Shown one piece after another: positions 8,606 to 16,162 of a stretch of 32,000 bases of DNA. How positions within the stretch are numbered: the stretch's first letter is position 1; each line of letters opens with the position of its first letter. The notes under the pieces were generated by a model. It was not told the origin of the DNA, ran no database searches, and was given only the letters and a program-made list of their open reading frames with translations. The stretch is from Zestosphaera tikiterensis (GTDB lineage Archaea > Thermoproteota > Thermoprotei_A > Sulfolobales > NBVN01). The stretch covers positions 300,001-332,000 of the forward strand of contig NBVN01000002.1 of the NCBI GenBank assembly GCA_003056265.1, written 5' to 3'. Made by a program: the position numbers and the translations under genes.

Positions 8606-9997
8606 CTAGGAGATCTCTTCTAGGACGCTTGCGATAGCTTCGGCAATTCTCTTAGCGCTAAGCGGTGGAACCGCTTCACCTATTTGCGCGCGAATTTCAG
8701 TCTTCTTCCCGTAGAACAGAAAAGCGTCTGGAAACGTCTGAAGCCTTGCTCTCTCCCTTAGCGTTAGCGTTGCTCTGCCTCTGTCATAGTGGTAGCCGTG
8801 CGTCCCCCCGCCTCCGTATGCTATCACGGTCGGAGCGGGCGTAAGTGGGTGGGTGCGCCTGTAGATGTTGCTCATAAGTCCTTTAACCTCCCACCTAGTG
8901 CCTCTCACGAACTCGTGGTTCTCACCGGGTGGTATTCTGCGCATCCTCTCGATTACGTCAGGATCCTCCTCAGAGATCTCATTCGTGCCGTCGGGGAAGC
9001 CGAGCAGATGGACAGGTCTGCCGTAGTAGCCGAGCTCTTTGAGCACTTCTTCGTGCTGTCTGATAGCTTCTTCAAGCTCTGCTTCGTCAGAACCCTCCAC
9101 ACCATTAACAAGTAGGTAATCCCTAATTATATCGAATGTAAGCTTGTCCCACACCTCGTGCTTCCACTGGAATGCTCGCTCTGTGCCGACCTCCTCCCAC
9201 ACGCCCTCCCACCTTCTCATGATCTCCCTATACTTGCTGTTTAGCTCAGGCAGAGCTCTCCCTTCGAAGACCTCTATCGTAGTGAGGGGGTATTTGCGGA
9301 AGAGCCAAAGCCTTCCGCTCAGCACCTTTTCTATTTCACCCCTAATCTTCCAGACCAGCTTTAGGTTTCCCGCCAGCAGATCCTTCCTGACACCTACAAT
9401 TATGAGCCTCTCCCGCCTCTGGGGAACTCCCAAAGCAGAGAAGTCTACCACTTTGCTGAAGACTAGCTCATACCCCTCCACGCTGTTGCTGTTGCCGTTA
9501 GTAGCTATCACTTTTCTAACCTCAGGCCACCTCAGCCTCAGATTTGAGAAATCCTCTAGGATCACTTTATAGGCGAGACCCCTATTCGCGCTCACAAGAC
9601 CCGGCACGTTTTCGAAAACGAACAGCTTCGGTTGCAGAACCGCTAGAGCCCGCACGAACTGCGCGTAGAGCCTCCCTCTCCTAACCTCGACCCCTCTCCT
9701 CTTCTCTTCAGGACCCCTTACCATCGAGAAGTCCTGACAGGGCGGACCCCCCACGATCAGGTCGACTTCAGCGTCTTTCAGATCGGAAAAATCGACGCGG
9801 GAGACATCGCATGCAAGAACGGTATTTAAAGAAGCCCGCGCTCTCTCCTCGCTTCCGCACACCTCGAGCTTCAGTCCGAAGTTCTTCGAGTATGTTGTCA
9901 CCATGTGAAGCAAGACGTCGTTAGCGAACACTATTCTGAACCTCCCGCTCTGCACAAAACCTAAGTCGAGCCCTCCCGCACCTGAGAAGAGAGACAC
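8606..9997 (-). CDS. DNA (cytosine-5)-methyltransferase
   Basis: All canonical m5C motifs are present: I LFSGAGGLDLGF, IV GGPPCQDFS, VI FENVPGL, VIII QRRERLIIVG, IX LTLRERARLQTFPD, X GEAVPP. There is a long variable region between VIII and IX. Track start is GTG; the frame stays open upstream (..LTEYSVV..), so the true start is uncertain. Confidence 0.92.
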   Translation of the reverse strand: MSLFSGAGGLDLGFVQSGRFRIVFANDVLLHMVTTYSKNFGLKLEVCGSEERARASLNTVLACDVSRVDFSDLKDAEVDLIVGGPPCQDFSMVRGPEEKRRGVEVRRGRLYAQFVRALAVLQPKLFVFENVPGLVSANRGLAYKVILEDFSNLRLRWPEVRKVIATNGNSNSVEGYELVFSKVVDFSALGVPQRRERLIIVGVRKDLLAGNLKLVWKIRGEIEKVLSGRLWLFRKYPLTTIEVFEGRALPELNSKYREIMRRWEGVWEEVGTERAFQWKHEVWDKLTFDIIRDYLLVNGVEGSDEAELEEAIRQHEEVLKELGYYGRPVHLLGFPDGTNEISEEDPDVIERMRRIPPGENHEFVRGTRWEVKGLMSNIYRRTHPLTPAPTVIAYGGGGTHGYHYDRGRATLTLRERARLQTFPDAFLFYGKKTEIRAQIGEAVPPLSAKRIAEAIASVLEEIS

Positions 9998-10017
9998 GAC
10001 GCTGTACTCCGTCAGCC

Positions 10018-10236
10018 TCAGCCACCCCCCGTTTTGAGGTCTTTCTTTGCGACTTCCGATACGATGCTCTTTTCAGAGAGCCAGGTAAGCACTATGTTCC
10101 TCACAAGCTCCGCGTCATCGCTCCCCATAACGCCCCTAAGCCTCTCGATGAGCTTCCACTGCTCTTCAGTGAACGTCACCTGCACCCTCTTCGCTTTTCC
10201 TTTCGAGTTTTTGCTGTGTTCCAATACACACACCAA
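10018..10236 (-). CDS. Ribbon-helix-helix (CopG/Arc-like) regulator, possible controller of the R-M module
   Basis: KRVQVTFTEEQWKLIERLRGVMGSDDAELVRNIVLTWL has the strand-helix-helix pattern. Its stop lies about 20 nt upstream of the methyltransferase start on the same strand. Confidence 0.6.
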   Translation of the reverse strand: MVCVLEHSKNSKGKAKRVQVTFTEEQWKLIERLRGVMGSDDAELVRNIVLTWLSEKSIVSEVAKKDLKTGGG

Positions 10237-10253
10237 TAATACATGTGGAACAC

Positions 10254-10267
10254 AAGCTTATAAGCTT
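10254..10267. promoter_or_regulatory. Perfect 14-nt palindrome AAGCTTATAAGCTT containing a TATA-like core
   Basis: Lies 18-31 nt upstream of the RHH gene start on the minus strand. Confidence 0.35.
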
Positions 10268-10456
10268 TAACGTCCGTGTGCTTCAGTGCGTGTTTTAGGC
10301 TAAGCTTATTAAAGCTAAGTACGCGTGAGTAGGCAGTCGATAGGCACTTCTTAAAGGCTCCCACACAACCCCCACCAACACGGCGTAAAGCTCCTCCCCA
10401 CCGCATCTAAGAATCGCCTAGGTGTAGTTAAGTTAATATCTACGTAACGTTACTCG

Positions 10457-10549
10457 ATGTGGTATGCGGACATGGTTAGGAGGGCTAGCAAAGAGAGGTA
10501 CTATCAGAGGTGGCGTAGGGAACATCCAGAGCTGACTATACCTCAGTAG
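10457..10549 (+). CDS. 30-aa basic ORF; probable 5' part of a frameshifted RHH-domain gene
   Basis: Starts at ATG: MWYADMVRRASKERYYQRWRREHPELTIPQ*. The next frame is open from 10536 and encodes an RHH-like segment but has no start codon until 10728. Confidence 0.3.
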   Translation: MWYADMVRRASKERYYQRWRREHPELTIPQ

Positions 10550-10727
10550 GGACGAATATATCTTCATTAAATCGTTAGCTGATAGGGAGGGTGTTCCAAT
10601 AAAGGAAATCGTTTTAAACGCTGTTAGAGGGCTTTACAGCGGTGATTACATCACGGCAGGACTTGACGTCGCCGTAAAGTTCCTTAAGGAGTATGAAGAA
10701 CATTATGGAGAATATGCGGGAGGTTAT

Positions 10728-11102
10728 GTGGATGAGAGATACGTTCTTGGAAAGCTTCTAAACCTAACCACACATAAGCTTGCGTTTAAAGAGTTGGTGG
10801 GGAAAGCCTACGGGAAGGAGGTTGAGGAGGGTCCCCCACTCTACAGTAAATTTAAAGAACTTCTAGATGTTGCGAGATCTATCGAAGCAAGAGTGGAGAG
10901 AACGCTACTTCAGATGTTCGCATATGAGCCTAAGAATTTCTACAGCTACGCTTGGGGTGAGGTGGCTAACTGTCGCGAGGATTTCGAAGGAGCTGTGTTC
11001 GCAGTCCCATGTAGCGTGTGCGGTAGGAGGCTAATATTCACACATAAAGACAGCTCGTGGGAGAAGGTAAAGCCCATATTGATTGAGGCGTTCAGAGGCT
11101 GA
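10728..11102 (+). CDS. Hypothetical protein; the reading frame is open from 10536 and is probably N-terminally longer (RHH-like domain)
   Basis: The track ORF starts at GTG 10728. Upstream, in frame and without a stop, lies LYLSRDEYIFIKSLADREGVPIKEIVLNAVRGLYSGDY..., a strand-helix-helix pattern. Confidence 0.5.
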   Translation: MDERYVLGKLLNLTTHKLAFKELVGKAYGKEVEEGPPLYSKFKELLDVARSIEARVERTLLQMFAYEPKNFYSYAWGEVANCREDFEGAVFAVPCSVCGRRLIFTHKDSSWEKVKPILIEAFRG

Positions 11103-11285
11103 CGACACAACGACTGCAAGAAAACCGTGGATGAGGCAGAGCCAACACCACCCCAAAGCAGTAGAAAAGCGAGAAAATCTAATCCTTAGGAAAACCTAAC
11201 GCTGAAAAGTAAAAACGTCTTAAGTTAATGCTCAGGTTTTGAGGGGCAAGTCACTAGAAAAACTAGCTTTGTTAAGCTTAACAAT

Positions 11286-11300
11286 GTGTAAATTTACACT
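11286..11300. repeat. Element motif copy D: TGTGTAAATTTACAC, containing the perfect palindrome TGTAAATTTACA
   Basis: 14 of 16 positions match the B/C motif in either orientation. Lies in the convergent intergenic region between the 124-aa ORF and the primase gene, next to the GTTAAGCTTAAC palindrome and CACTAGAAAAACTAG. Confidence 0.6.
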
Positions 11301-11347
11301 TAAGAGCAACCAGCAGAACGCTCCACTCGGTCGTGGAAATAAAACCT

Positions 11348-12736
11348 TTAAATTTGAAGAAGTTTCCATCTCTCTCCTTCGATTTTCTGTTTAAGTGTTG
11401 TGAGCTGCTCTTTCGTCAGCTTTACTAAGCTTTTTTGATGTAGTGCTAGGAGGATCGGGTATTTAACGTGTATGTAGTACTCATCTATGGGTTCGTTTGA
11501 CCACTCCCTCGCGTTGGGGATTTTCTTCCTCTCAATTATTAAAGACCTCCAAGTAGGCAGACCGTACTCCCTCCTCCTCTGCCTTCCAAGCTCGTATTCA
11601 AACTTCCTAATGTAATGCTCTACAGGCGTCTCAGGGTCTGGGTACGCCTCAACCGACTTCCTAATGTATTCCTTAGCCTCCTCCTCAGTTATTATTCCCT
11701 TAACAACGGCTTCAGGCAGTATAAGCCAGCACATCGTGTTCCGCCCGTCAACAAGCAGGCAGGACTTCTCAACTAATGCCTTCACCCAGCCATACCCTTC
11801 CAACCTACCGTCGTATTCAAACCTACCTAGAATTGGGTCTTCAGCAACATGCCAACCGCTCGACACCTTAACGTCTTTCCTACCTTCCTTAACGACAACC
11901 GCCTTCACCTTCAAGTCATAACCTCTAGGCAACGCTAAATCCAGTATAGTAATGAATTTAGCCTCATCAGAAACGCCACCGAAAAGCCTTAACCTCTCAT
12001 CCTTAACCTTCCTCACATAGTCTAGGTCCTTGCCTAAGTTCCTTAAATCCTCGATATTGTGATTTAGAAGCATCTCAGGCTTTATAGGTATTGCGAACAA
12101 CTCCCTCCCCCCATGCCATGAGAGCGTAAGCCTGAAGAGGTGTGTTAAGTCGTAGATCTTCCTGCAGAACTTTATCTTACCGCCTAACTTACGCTCGATT
12201 AAAGAAGCTAGGAATTGATTAGCTTTAGGCAACTCCTCAAGCACCTTAGCGTCGAAGTCGATCCGAGGCAGGAAAGTCATGTGGATCCCCCCACCGCTTA
12301 GCTTAATGGTTGGTTCAACACCCCAAGACTTAAGGATTTCGTAAGCTTCGTAGACAGGCCTTAAGTTGCTTAAGTCGTTCTCGTCTGAGTCTATGTCGAA
12401 GGCGAACACATACTTAACGGGTGTCCAACCCCCGCCCTTCTCACAGACGGTTAATGCGTTGGGTTCCGTAGGCTTAACGAAGCTTAACGACCCATAGACT
12501 TCGGCAACGCTTGACTTAGTCCTCTCGAGGAATTCCTTCTTAAACGCTTCAATACTGAAGTATGCCTTATGCTCCATAGCCTTCCTCTTCTCACCCTTCA
12601 AATCGCCTATCAACGTAAACCTAGCGATGGCCCCTAGGTTTAGTTGCCTCCAATACATCGGCCATAAAGACCTAATCAAATACTTAACTTCTCCTGCGTC
12701 CATCGAGAACCACCTCAGTAGATTCAAACCACACAA
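11348..12736 (-). CDS. Archaeo-eukaryotic primase (AEP) superfamily primase-polymerase-like replication protein
   Basis: Motif I VFAFDIDSD (DxD), motif II KLSGGGIHM (sGxGxH), motif III region YDLTHLFRLTLSWHGGRE (compare RLPGSxH). The likely true start is ATG at 12703 (MDAGEVKYL), which overlaps the upstream stop by 20 nt. Confidence 0.8.
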   Translation of the reverse strand: MCGLNLLRWFSMDAGEVKYLIRSLWPMYWRQLNLGAIARFTLIGDLKGEKRKAMEHKAYFSIEAFKKEFLERTKSSVAEVYGSLSFVKPTEPNALTVCEKGGGWTPVKYVFAFDIDSDENDLSNLRPVYEAYEILKSWGVEPTIKLSGGGIHMTFLPRIDFDAKVLEELPKANQFLASLIERKLGGKIKFCRKIYDLTHLFRLTLSWHGGRELFAIPIKPEMLLNHNIEDLRNLGKDLDYVRKVKDERLRLFGGVSDEAKFITILDLALPRGYDLKVKAVVVKEGRKDVKVSSGWHVAEDPILGRFEYDGRLEGYGWVKALVEKSCLLVDGRNTMCWLILPEAVVKGIITEEEAKEYIRKSVEAYPDPETPVEHYIRKFEYELGRQRRREYGLPTWRSLIIERKKIPNAREWSNEPIDEYYIHVKYPILLALHQKSLVKLTKEQLTTLKQKIEGERWKLLQI

Positions 12737-13082
12737 TATGATCTATGCGGAACTTCTCCTTCAGGTACCTAGCCAAACCAGCCCCCACTTCAGGAACGGT
12801 TTTATTCTTTTCCCTAGCGACTTTAGACAACACCTCACGATATTTCCTCGCTAGGCTGTACGTCCCCCTACCTACCTCAATAATGCCTAAGTCTTTTAAC
12901 GTGCTTAAGGTCTGACCGACGTTCTTAACTCCGGACGCACGTAAAGCCTTTAAAAACAGTATTTCACCGATGCTTACGTTATATAGGATTATAAGTGCTG
13001 CCTTCACCTCATCATCGCCTAACTTCGCTAAGGTCCTTACCAACTCCCTAACTTCCTTCAACTCAATCAGTCTTGAATACAT
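12684..13082 (-). CDS. Winged-helix DNA-binding protein (132 aa)
   Basis: GVKNVGQTLSTLKDLGIIEVGRGTYSL fits a wHTH recognition helix plus wing. The gene overlaps both neighbours, so it belongs to the same operon. Confidence 0.5.
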   Translation of the reverse strand: MYSRLIELKEVRELVRTLAKLGDDEVKAALIILYNVSIGEILFLKALRASGVKNVGQTLSTLKDLGIIEVGRGTYSLARKYREVLSKVAREKNKTVPEVGAGLARYLKEKFRIDHIVWFESTEVVLDGRRRS

Positions 13083-15598
13083 AGCTTAACAACACCCCCC
13101 TCCTCAACCCTATCAACCAAACCCAGCTCAACACAATCATCTACAGCTCTCGAAGCCTCCTCCCTACCTACGTTAAACTCCTTAGCAACAGAACCCACAA
13201 CCTCATCATAGCTTAAGCAGGAACCGTTAAACTTACTAACTAAGAATCTATAAACATCTTGAGGCCTAACAACCGAAACAGAAACAGTAGATATAGTCTC
13301 TCCAGATCCCTTAGATGTGTCCAAAGTGTCCGAGGTGTCCGCCTGCGTGGTTTTTACATTCTCTTTATCGTTTAGTCTCTCTTTAGAGACGAATTCGTGG
13401 GGTTCATGGCGGACACTTTGGACACTTCGGACACTTTTTCCGTTTTGTAAGACACTCTTTAGTATCTTTTCAGGATCGAACACTAAGCTTTCGAGATCGA
13501 TTTTCAAGTGTTTCTTTATTAAGGCAAAATCTAAGTCGGCAGGGACTTCAAGCTCGTAGTTGTTTATGTAAGTAGTTAGCTTATTAATATCAACTTTAAA
13601 GAGCCTCTTTCTTTCCTTTCCTTCCCTATCGAAATCAACAACAAACGGCAACTCACCTTTCCTCAATATCTTACCTATCTTTGTAGCTAGTGATCTATGA
13701 ATTTCGGTGTCGTATTCACCCTCATTAGCTACGATAACGCCTTTCGCCGTAAGTGCGAATAAACTCTTATCCAACAACTCACTACCGTTTACTTCCTCAA
13801 CGATCTTCTCAACAAGTTTAAACTCGTCGCTACGTTTATCTCCGCCACCACTCTTTAGGAGTCCCCAATCATCCTTAAATTCAATAGACACTAGGTAGGT
13901 ACTTAAAGCCCTTAAGATACCGTTTATTACGTATTGAACATCTTCACTAACACCTTCCCTTTTTCTATATTCGCCTACAGCGTAAGTAAGGACGTCCTTA
14001 AACACGTCCTCACCCACGAGGTAGGCAACCGTTAAGATAATCAACCACTTATCCCTGTCGTGGCCGCCGAATATCTTCGAAACTACGGGGTCTAGTTCCT
14101 CATACGTTTTCTTGAACTCTCCCCACCTATAAAGCATAAGCAGGTATAGATCCTTAATGATGGACCAGACCTCCCCCCTCTCAACCTCCCTTTTGAAGAC
14201 TCCCTTCCACCTAACCATAGACAGCGGTATGCTTCTATTCCTTGTGTCTTGAGGTAGTTCGGCAAGATCCTTGGGTTGGCAGACAATCACTTTAGGGCCG
14301 AAGGGATCTATGACCTCAATCTTCGTTGGGTCGTCCTTATTGCATCTAGTTATTGGAGTATTCTTCTGAGAGCCGGCGTTAAGGAACCTACGCATGAACT
14401 CATCAATGATAGTCTCATCTATTATGGCAACACCGCCGATTGTATTTATTATCCTTGCTAGAGACGCTTCACTTGGATCCGTTACCGTATAGCTCCTCGT
14501 TAAAGCACCTATGAACGTGGATAGGTTCCTCTTCCCGCTCCCGCTCTCACCGACTGGGATAGTGTAGGTTGCGTGGTTGATTAGGTCGTAGAAGTATGTG
14601 TAGATAATGAACAACGAAGCAACCTTATAGATTATCTCTTCAGCGCCGACGTACTCCCTTATCTTACTCATTATCGCTTCGAACACACCACGCCATGTCG
14701 GAGGCTCCGCTTCACCCTTATTTATCCTCCCTACTTCCTTCCATAATTCGTTAAACTCATTAACTGTGAGGACGCAGTTGCGGATTAACTCAAGAGGTAG
14801 GAAGATAACTTCGGCGGGTGCGGCCGCAGGGACTGATTCAACAACTTCAGCTACGGCTCCATCACTCTTAAAGAATATTGGCTTAGCCCCAACAACCCTC
14901 ACATCCTCTTCGTTTGTGAACTCACCCCAAACCCATATAGTGAAGTATGCTTCACTACCTTCAACCAACGCTGCCTTCATCCTACGTCCGTCGGCGTACC
15001 TAATCTCAGTATCTCCGATAACGACCTTTGTAGTGAAAGGTTTAATGCTGGCCACAACCTCCTCCAAGAACTTCCTAACTTCCTCAGCTGCTTTAACGTC
15101 GTCCAAACCCTCCTCTCTCGCAACATCAAGGAGCTTCAGCTTCAGGTCTTCCTCATCGCCGACGGTTGTTTCCGCGTACTTCCTGCCTTTATAGTATATC
15201 CTCACCAAACCGTCCTCGTAGAAGTAGACCTTAGCGTTGAGGAAGCTATTTCTAAAAATTACTGGGGACGGCAACGTAGCGTTAATCAACTCATAGACAT
15301 TGGCCTTTATCTCCTTCAACACCTTACTTTTCGTTCCCCTATCAAGCCCCGCAAATTGATCCTGCTCTAGAAGGAGCTCAACGCTCGACAAAGGTATTCC
15401 CTTTCTTGCACCCAAACTTAAGATGACTTTCTTCCTATCGCGCTTTACCTCAATATAATGCTTGTTGCCAAGAATCTCAACAACAATAAACCCCGAATCA
15501 CCCTTCATCTCTTTCCTCAAAATCCTAAACAGGTTTTGTTTGCCTTCACTCGATGTATTTTCTCTAGGGGATATGTCCTCCGGGTTTTCAACAGCCAT
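13067..15598 (-). CDS. P-loop NTPase, putative replicative helicase of the element, with a C-terminal wHTH domain (843 aa)
   Basis: Walker A-like PVGESGSGKRN (atypical K-R), Walker B GGVAIIDET, and a C-terminal YRFLVSKFNGSCLSYDEVVGSVAKEFNVGREEASRAVDDCVELGLV wHTH-like tail. GGGGTGAT precedes the ATG. Confidence 0.7.
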   Translation of the reverse strand: MAVENPEDISPRENTSSEGKQNLFRILRKEMKGDSGFIVVEILGNKHYIEVKRDRKKVILSLGARKGIPLSSVELLLEQDQFAGLDRGTKSKVLKEIKANVYELINATLPSPVIFRNSFLNAKVYFYEDGLVRIYYKGRKYAETTVGDEEDLKLKLLDVAREEGLDDVKAAEEVRKFLEEVVASIKPFTTKVVIGDTEIRYADGRRMKAALVEGSEAYFTIWVWGEFTNEEDVRVVGAKPIFFKSDGAVAEVVESVPAAAPAEVIFLPLELIRNCVLTVNEFNELWKEVGRINKGEAEPPTWRGVFEAIMSKIREYVGAEEIIYKVASLFIIYTYFYDLINHATYTIPVGESGSGKRNLSTFIGALTRSYTVTDPSEASLARIINTIGGVAIIDETIIDEFMRRFLNAGSQKNTPITRCNKDDPTKIEVIDPFGPKVIVCQPKDLAELPQDTRNRSIPLSMVRWKGVFKREVERGEVWSIIKDLYLLMLYRWGEFKKTYEELDPVVSKIFGGHDRDKWLIILTVAYLVGEDVFKDVLTYAVGEYRKREGVSEDVQYVINGILRALSTYLVSIEFKDDWGLLKSGGGDKRSDEFKLVEKIVEEVNGSELLDKSLFALTAKGVIVANEGEYDTEIHRSLATKIGKILRKGELPFVVDFDREGKERKRLFKVDINKLTTYINNYELEVPADLDFALIKKHLKIDLESLVFDPEKILKSVLQNGKSVRSVQSVRHEPHEFVSKERLNDKENVKTTQADTSDTLDTSKGSGETISTVSVSVVRPQDVYRFLVSKFNGSCLSYDEVVGSVAKEFNVGREEASRAVDDCVELGLVDRVEEGGVVKLCIQD
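13318..13435. repeat. Imperfect inverted repeat of two 27-nt arms, each carrying three GTGTCC hexamers at 9-nt spacing (iteron-like)
   Basis: Arms are 13318-13344 (GTGTCCaaaGTGTCCgagGTGTCCGCC) and 13409-13435 (GGCGGACACtttGGACACttcGGACAC), separated by a 64-nt spacer. 24 of 27 positions are complementary. The repeat lies inside the helicase ORF. Confidence 0.7.
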
Positions 15599-15605
15599 TT
15601 CTCAA

Positions 15606-15749
15606 TCACCCCTTCGCGCTGACGCAAGTTTTTCTAGGTAGCCTGACGTTTCTACGCAATGTTAAAACGCCGACGTGAATTCCGCACTTCTTCCTCAACT
15701 CATTAATATACTTAAGCATCCTCTCCTCCTTCGTCCTCCCTTCAATCAT
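15606..15749 (-). CDS. Possible 47-aa ORF between the Cas4-like gene and the helicase gene
   Basis: Hand-translated: MIEGRTKEERMLKYINELRKKCGIHVGVLTLRRNVRLPRKTCVSAKG. Its ATG overlaps the upstream stop (ATGATTGA). Below the track cut-off. Confidence 0.25.
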   Translation of the reverse strand: MIEGRTKEERMLKYINELRKKCGIHVGVLTLRRNVRLPRKTCVSAKG

Positions 15750-16113
15750 GTCTCCCCACCAAGCAAATCATTCTGGAGGCCTCGACATTCAAATTAACCT
15801 CGAACTCGGTTAGGTAGCCCTCTCTCCTCAACACCTCCTGAAGTGCTGAATGTACTGTATTACCTAACAGCAGGATAGCCGATGAGGGGGGTATGCTGAC
15901 CAACCTGCACCTCATGTAGAAAGCCTTCCTTAAGCAACCCACTACCTCGCTAACGTGGATCGTTAGGTCGTCATATACCCTAGACTCAAGCTTAACGGCT
16001 TCAAGCAACCAACTATAGATTTTAGACTCACTAACTTTATTAACTCCAATAGCATTATCTCTTCTTGGGGCTGGGTTTCTATCGGCGAGATGAGGCACGG
16101 CTGATCGCCTCAA
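15742..16113 (-). CDS. Cas4/RecB-like PD-(D/E)xK nuclease N-terminal portion (possibly truncated)
   Basis: HVSEVVGCLRKAFYMR (S.l..C.RK.y motif), GNTVHSALQEVL and LVGRHD (G..D motif) are present. The ORF stops directly after GRHD, before any E-x-K motif. Confidence 0.4.
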   Translation of the reverse strand: MRRSAVPHLADRNPAPRRDNAIGVNKVSESKIYSWLLEAVKLESRVYDDLTIHVSEVVGCLRKAFYMRCRLVSIPPSSAILLLGNTVHSALQEVLRREGYLTEFEVNLNVEASRMICLVGRHD

Positions 16114-16162
16114 TTCCCACCTCTTACCTACGTTATCTTCCTCAGCAACTGCTCGACCTCAC

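Noticed and set aside
14063-14069. GCCGCCG (the sequence needed as 5' acceptor strand for the orphan tRNA half) inside the helicase gene
   Set aside because: It is 4.3 kb away, inside a coding sequence, and no D-arm-like sequence follows it. Not a plausible 5' tRNA half.
13317-15194. Plus-strand ORFs antisense to the helicase gene (for example 14766-15194, 142 aa, Ser/Thr-rich)
   Set aside because: Low-complexity translations antisense to a long motif-bearing ORF, with no start context. The same reasoning applies to the antisense ORFs inside the methyltransferase, alaS, L1, L10, L11 and glycosylase genes.
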